A stretch of DNA of 64,000 bases from Candidatus Shapirobacteria bacterium (GTDB lineage: Bacteria > Patescibacteriota > Microgenomatia > UBA12405): the NCBI GenBank assembly GCA_041659325.1, contig JBAZYN010000001.1:238819-302818 (forward strand), given 5' to 3'. The translations under genes were made by a program, and so were the position numbers. The notes below the pieces were generated by a model that saw only the letters and a program-made list of their open reading frames with translations, made no database searches and had not been told where the DNA came from. This document shows positions 59,415-64,000 of this stretch, piece by piece (the first letter of the stretch is position 1; every line of letters starts with the position of its first letter).

Positions 59415-60990
59415 AATAATTCTAAGCATAATCACTGTCATCGCCTTTGTTCTCCGTTTTTATCAAAGCGGCAACTACCCACCCCTACTTTGGGACGAAG
59501 CTGCCATTGGCTACAACGCCTATTCCCTTACCGAAACGGGAAAAGATGAATATGGAGTTACTCTACCACTCATCTTTAAATCTTTCGGAGATTTTAAACC
59601 GGGTTTATATATTTATTTAGCCGCCCCTTTCATCAAACTTTTTGGGTTAAACGAAATCGCGGTCAGACTACCATCAATAATCATCGGCTCATTGTTACCA
59701 CTTCTTCTTTTTTTTACCATTAAAACAATCTATCCGAAATCAAATAATCGTGCTTTAATTGCTACCACTATTCTTGCACTCAATCCGTTCAACATTCATT
59801 ATTCCCGTATGGCCTGGGAAACGAATGTCCTAACCTTTGAGCTTCTGCTTGCCGCTCTATTTTTCATAAAAAATCGACATCTTCTCTCTGCCTTCATTTT
59901 TGGGCTTACCCTCTACACCTACCAAGCCGGAAAAATGACGAGCATTTTAGTAATCATCGCCTTATTCTTTACTCATCTCAGTTTAATAAAACAGCAAATA
60001 AACAAATTGACACTAAAATTTATCCTGCCTCTGGGATTAATGGCCATTCCAATTTTATTTGGCCTAATATTTAACCAAAACAGTAACCGGTTGGAAGTAA
60101 TCAGCCTAACCTCGTACCCCAGATCAGATGAAGAAACGGCTCAAATTATCAACGAGTCCGGTTTAATCGATTACACAATTTTTCATAGCCAACCGTCTTT
60201 TTTTATCCGAAGTTTTTTGGGGCGTTACTTTAACCATTTTTCCCCCCGCTTTCTTTTGTTCGAAGGGGATTGGCAAAACCCCCGCCACTCAGCTCCCTAT
60301 GTCGGCGTAATTCTCTATCCCTCAATCATTTTCCTGCTAATCGGCCTGTTTTCAAAACCAAATAAATTCTTTCTCCTCTGGCTTCTTCTGGCCCCAATTC
60401 CTGCCGCCCTCACCAGAGACCAGCTTACTGCCACCCGATCCATGTCCATGTCAATTCCTTTGGTCTTCTTTGTCGCCAGCGGAATTATAATTACAGTTCA
60501 AAAATATAATTCCAAACTGATTAATCTCGCCATATTATCTGCTTATTTACTCTCCTTTATTTACTACTCTGATCTGTATTTAAACCACATGGTCAAAAAA
60601 TCACCCAATGATTTTCTCTACGGATACAAACAAGCCGCTCAATACATTTCGAAAAACCAATCAAAGTTCGACCAAATTTATTTTACAGACTTTTACGGTC
60701 AACCATATATCTACTATCTTTTTTACTCACATTATTCCCCAGTTTCATACCAATCAAAAGCAAACTTAACCCAAACCGGGCCTGATATCGGAAAAGTAGA
60801 AAAAATAGATAACATATTATTCAAAGGCCCCGACTACAACGGCGTTAAAAGCATTCCGCACACCCTCAGTATCTTCTCCCACGATGAAATTTTAAGGCAG
60901 GGGATAGATCTGAAACCCGACTTTAATAATTTTTTCAAACTTAGCCCTATCAATAATATTTCCACCTTTTATGCCTACGAAACACCATAA
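59398..60990 (+). CDS. PMT/ArnT-superfamily (GT39/GT83-like) GT-C membrane glycosyltransferase, paralog 6
   Basis: 'LWDEAAIGYNAYSLTETGKDEYGVTLP' is the family motif. I chose the internal ATG at 59398. Confidence 0.6.
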   Translation: MNLKTKIILSIITVIAFVLRFYQSGNYPPLLWDEAAIGYNAYSLTETGKDEYGVTLPLIFKSFGDFKPGLYIYLAAPFIKLFGLNEIAVRLPSIIIGSLLPLLLFFTIKTIYPKSNNRALIATTILALNPFNIHYSRMAWETNVLTFELLLAALFFIKNRHLLSAFIFGLTLYTYQAGKMTSILVIIALFFTHLSLIKQQINKLTLKFILPLGLMAIPILFGLIFNQNSNRLEVISLTSYPRSDEETAQIINESGLIDYTIFHSQPSFFIRSFLGRYFNHFSPRFLLFEGDWQNPRHSAPYVGVILYPSIIFLLIGLFSKPNKFFLLWLLLAPIPAALTRDQLTATRSMSMSIPLVFFVASGIIITVQKYNSKLINLAILSAYLLSFIYYSDLYLNHMVKKSPNDFLYGYKQAAQYISKNQSKFDQIYFTDFYGQPYIYYLFYSHYSPVSYQSKANLTQTGPDIGKVEKIDNILFKGPDYNGVKSIPHTLSIFSHDEILRQGIDLKPDFNNFFKLSPINNISTFYAYETP

Positions 60991-62563
60991 TTATCTTCTA
61001 ATCACCATATTATTAATGGCCACTATTCTTCGTTTCTACAAAATTGGTTCCTACCCCAGCCTAAATCCGGACGAAGCCGCCCTGGGATACAACGCCTATT
61101 CACTGCTTGAAACCGGAAAAGACGAGCACGGTGCCTCCTGGCCTCTTCATTTCAAATCATTTGGTGACTACAAACCCGGCGGGTATGTTTATCTTGCCTT
61201 GCCTTTTATAAAAATACTCGGTCTCACCCCACTTGCAGTTCGATTACCAAACCTTATCCTTTCTATTCTCGCCATTTATTATTTATCCAAACTCGTTTTC
61301 CTTCTATTCGAGTCTAAAGGTCCGAGGTTGAATCGTTCAAAAGCTCAAAACCTATCGCTTTTGAGCTCTGCTGTTCTGGCTCTCTCCCCCTGGCATATTC
61401 ACTTTAGCAGGGGAGCCTGGGAGGCCTATAGTGCCCTAAGTCTGATCATTATCGGTATCTATTTTTTCTACTCACATCTTAAAAATCTCAAAAACTTCCA
61501 TCTCTATCTATCCGTTATCCTTATTTCTCTTTCGCTATATTTCTACCACTCGGCAAGAATTTTAGCTCCTCTAATCGGGCTGTCTCTGGTGACAATTAAC
61601 TTCAAAAGACTAACTCGATCAGGTATCAGAAAATTATTAATACCAATAATTATTACCATTTTATTGGCTCTACCGGTACTATTTTCCTTTGTCAGAAACG
61701 GCGGCGCCGCCCGATTTGGCGGTGTCGGACTAACCGCCGATCAGGGACCAATTTGGCGGTCAAACGAGCTACTGAATCAACACAACAATGTTAAGTTAAT
61801 TAATCGGGCCATGCACAATAAGCGGATTCTTTATTTCCTCTCCTGGGCACAAAAATATACTTCCCACTTCGATTTAAATTTCCTATTTTTAAATGGTGAT
61901 GAAGTTCCCCGATCAAAGGTACCGGAAATGGGCCAACTTTATCTTTTTGAATTACCCTTTTTAATTATTGGAATCTTTTTCTTCCTCAAATCCAGGGCAA
62001 TTAACAAAAAGACAAAAACCCTTATTCTCTCATTTTTACTTTTCGCTCCTCTGGCCTCATCTTTAACCTTTCAGGCTCCTTCCGCCCTCCGGTCTCTCCC
62101 GATGACTATTCCGTTATCAATCTTAATTGCCTACGGCCTTTATCATTTTTTTAAATGTCGTCCGCTTCTCATATTAATTGCTTTCTGCTCGCTACTTTCT
62201 ATCTTCTATTACCTCGATGCCTATTTTGTTCACTCACAAAAACGTTATCCATATGCCTGGAATCTCGGTTTTGACCAAATAGTCTCCCTGGTAGAGTCAC
62301 AAAAGAATAATTATCAAAACATATTTTTTACCTCTCGGTATGACCAACCGTATATTCTTTACTTATTTTTTTCCAAATACCCACCGCAAAAACTGCAATC
62401 TCAAATTAAATTAACCCCAAAAGACCAATACGGTTTTTCTACCGTCGATAGAATTGACAACATTACCTTTATAATTCCCACCGAAATTCCCTCCTCGTCT
62501 ATGGTCATCGAAGCTTCTGATTTCCAATTAACCGGCCAAAGCTTTAAAATATACACTAAATGA
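60971..62563 (+). CDS. PMT/ArnT-superfamily (GT39/GT83-like) GT-C membrane glycosyltransferase, paralog 7
   Basis: 'NPDEAALGYNAYSLLETGKDEHGASWP' is the family motif. Confidence 0.6.
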   Translation: MPTKHHNYLLITILLMATILRFYKIGSYPSLNPDEAALGYNAYSLLETGKDEHGASWPLHFKSFGDYKPGGYVYLALPFIKILGLTPLAVRLPNLILSILAIYYLSKLVFLLFESKGPRLNRSKAQNLSLLSSAVLALSPWHIHFSRGAWEAYSALSLIIIGIYFFYSHLKNLKNFHLYLSVILISLSLYFYHSARILAPLIGLSLVTINFKRLTRSGIRKLLIPIIITILLALPVLFSFVRNGGAARFGGVGLTADQGPIWRSNELLNQHNNVKLINRAMHNKRILYFLSWAQKYTSHFDLNFLFLNGDEVPRSKVPEMGQLYLFELPFLIIGIFFFLKSRAINKKTKTLILSFLLFAPLASSLTFQAPSALRSLPMTIPLSILIAYGLYHFFKCRPLLILIAFCSLLSIFYYLDAYFVHSQKRYPYAWNLGFDQIVSLVESQKNNYQNIFFTSRYDQPYILYLFFSKYPPQKLQSQIKLTPKDQYGFSTVDRIDNITFIIPTEIPSSSMVIEASDFQLTGQSFKIYTK

Positions 62564-63384
62564 AAAGACAAGCTACCATATCCGTCACTCTGGCAACCTA
62601 TAACGAAGAAAAAAAAATTGGCAAGTTTCTCGACTCAGTTTTCAGCTGGGCCAACGAAATAATCCTAGTTGACGGCCACTCCCAGGACAAAACCCTCTCA
62701 ATCGCCAAAAAATATAAAAACATAAAGATTATCGAAACCGATAACAAGCCGATTTTTCATATCAACAAACAGCTCGGCATCGATGCTTGTAAAAGCGATT
62801 GGATACTTCAGCTGGATGCCGACGAAATTGTCACCCCGGCACTACTTCAGGAAATTAACCAACTGCTTTCAAAGAAACCAAGCGACATCAGCGAAAATGG
62901 ATTCTGGATTAACCGCTCAAATTACTTTCTTGGAACTTTTCTAAAAAAAGGCGGTCAATATCCGGACTCCACCCTCAGACTTTACAAAAAGGGCATGGGG
63001 CGCCTTCCCTGCAAAGATGTCCACGAGCAGGCCGAAGTAAAAAATCCCGTAGGCCATTTGACAAACGATCTGCAGCACTTTGCCGACATTTCATTTTCCC
63101 GATACCTTTTAAGAGCCAACCGTTACACTACACTTTTGGCACAGGAACTTTCTCAACAAAAATTAAACATTAATTTTGTTAATTTTTTGACTTACTATTT
63201 GATAAAACCGCTTTGGTGGTTTCTAATGGCTTTTTTTCGTCACCGCGGTTATGTTGACGGGTTTCCGGGATTCGTTTTTGCCTATTTTTCGGCTCTGCGT
63301 TTTCCTATTGCCTATACCAAATATTGGGAGCTCCAAAAAACCAACCGTTCTATAAACATGTCAGATGATTGGGACACAAAATGA
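62560..63384 (+). CDS. Family 2 glycosyltransferase
   Basis: 'ISVTLATYNEEKKIGKFLDSV' is followed by 'IILVDGHSQDKT' and 'LQLDADE'. Confidence 0.7.
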   Translation: MKRQATISVTLATYNEEKKIGKFLDSVFSWANEIILVDGHSQDKTLSIAKKYKNIKIIETDNKPIFHINKQLGIDACKSDWILQLDADEIVTPALLQEINQLLSKKPSDISENGFWINRSNYFLGTFLKKGGQYPDSTLRLYKKGMGRLPCKDVHEQAEVKNPVGHLTNDLQHFADISFSRYLLRANRYTTLLAQELSQQKLNINFVNFLTYYLIKPLWWFLMAFFRHRGYVDGFPGFVFAYFSALRFPIAYTKYWELQKTNRSINMSDDWDTK

Positions 63385-63998
63385 AAAAAAATGTCAAAAT
63401 TGCCATCGATATCTCTCCTCTAAATGACGGAAACATTACCCGCGGCGTTGGCCACTACACTCAGCACTTAGTCTCGGCCATCCAAAAGGAAGTCAAAACA
63501 AATCCAAAATACGTCAATTATCAAATAGATCTCATTAAAAATTCAAAATTAGAAATTAAAAATTACGATCTAGTCCACTACCCCTATTTTGATCCTTTTT
63601 TTCTCACTCTACCCCCACAAAATAAAACTCCGTTTCTGGCTACAGTTCACGACTTGATACCACGTCAATTCAAAACCCACTTCCCGGTAGGCATAAAGGG
63701 AGAAATTAAGTGGTTGATTCAAAAACATCGCCTTCGCCAGGCAAAATATATAATTACCGTTTCCCATTTTTCCAAATATATAATCAATGATTTAATCGAA
63801 TATCCCAAAGACAAAATATTTGTCACTTATGAAGCGGCAGACGATAATTTTAAACCACGCACCGATAAAAATCTTTTGTCAGAGATTAAAGCAAAATACA
63901 ATTTACCCGATGAATTTGTGCTTTATGTCGGCGACCTCAATTGGAGCAAAAATATACCCAAACTAATCGATGTCTGTCTAAACCTAAAAATCCCTCTC
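63381..63998 (+). CDS. Family 4 (GT-B) glycosyltransferase, N-terminal part (3' end lies outside the window)
   Basis: The frame is open from the ATG at 63381, which overlaps the upstream stop as ATGA, through to the window edge. 'VKIAIDISPL...RGVGHYTQHL...VHYPYFDPF' and 'FVLYVGDLNWSKNIP' are typical of the GT4 N-terminal domain. This gene is not in the ORF track because no stop lies within the window. Confidence 0.55.
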   Translation, partial: MKKNVKIAIDISPLNDGNITRGVGHYTQHLVSAIQKEVKTNPKYVNYQIDLIKNSKLEIKNYDLVHYPYFDPFFLTLPPQNKTPFLATVHDLIPRQFKTHFPVGIKGEIKWLIQKHRLRQAKYIITVSHFSKYIINDLIEYPKDKIFVTYEAADDNFKPRTDKNLLSEIKAKYNLPDEFVLYVGDLNWSKNIPKLIDVCLNLKIPL

Positions 63999-64000
63999 GT

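Noticed and set aside
1-64000. Looked for CRISPR arrays, transposases or integrases, reverse transcriptase/DGR, and rRNA or tRNA genes
   Set aside because: I found no regularly spaced direct repeats, no transposase, integrase or RT motifs, and no rRNA-like or cloverleaf sequences in the few intergenic regions. The gaps between genes are too short to hold such features.

Overview
This window reads as a low-GC bacterial chromosome segment with tightly packed, frequently overlapping genes. I infer the source to be a small-genome Patescibacteria/CPR-like organism, based on several features seen in the sequence. These are an archaeal/eukaryotic-type TyrRS, sortase plus sorting-signal proteins, almost no Shine-Dalgarno motifs, and very large arrays of GT-C glycosyltransferases.

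The first ~25 kb is mostly housekeeping. It contains the uvrC C-terminus, tyrS, greA, a lysS fused to a B3/4 tRNA-binding domain, serS, secA, nrnA, typA, a cyclophilin lipoprotein, prfB, an LCP-family protein, and ftsE-ftsX followed by an M23 peptidase. Cell-envelope genes are scattered among them.

From ~25.2 kb to the window end the sequence is one large glycosylation island. It holds at least 19 polytopic membrane proteins that fall into recognisable paralogous families. The first is PMT/ArnT-like with the N-terminal motif 'DE..GYNAYSLL.TGKDE.G', in 7 copies. The second is an ArnT-like family with the motif 'GDQGRD...GP...YLGPFYYY', in 4 copies. The third is YfhO-like with an N-terminal 'DGQIPCRW.P.LGYGYGYPLF' and a C-terminal 'YYPGWK..NGQ' motif, in 6 copies. 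The fourth is DUF2029-like with an 'MGQ.D' motif, in 2 copies. Interleaved with these are two DPM1/ArnC/CsbB-like polyprenyl-phosphate sugar synthases (GT2), eight further soluble GT2/GT4 enzymes, and one Wzx-type flippase.

A four-gene cassette of a DPM1-like GT2, two ArnT-like proteins and one YfhO-like protein is duplicated in tandem. Other paralogs sit in overlapping tandem triplets. I interpret this as an expanded three-component (lipid-linked sugar synthase / flippase / GT-C transferase) glycosylation system for surface glycoconjugates.

Other notable points are an apparently circularly permuted M23 domain, the LysRS-B3/4 fusion, and a DUF11 surface protein carrying an XPXTG sorting signal. 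I saw no rRNA, tRNA, CRISPR array or mobile element.
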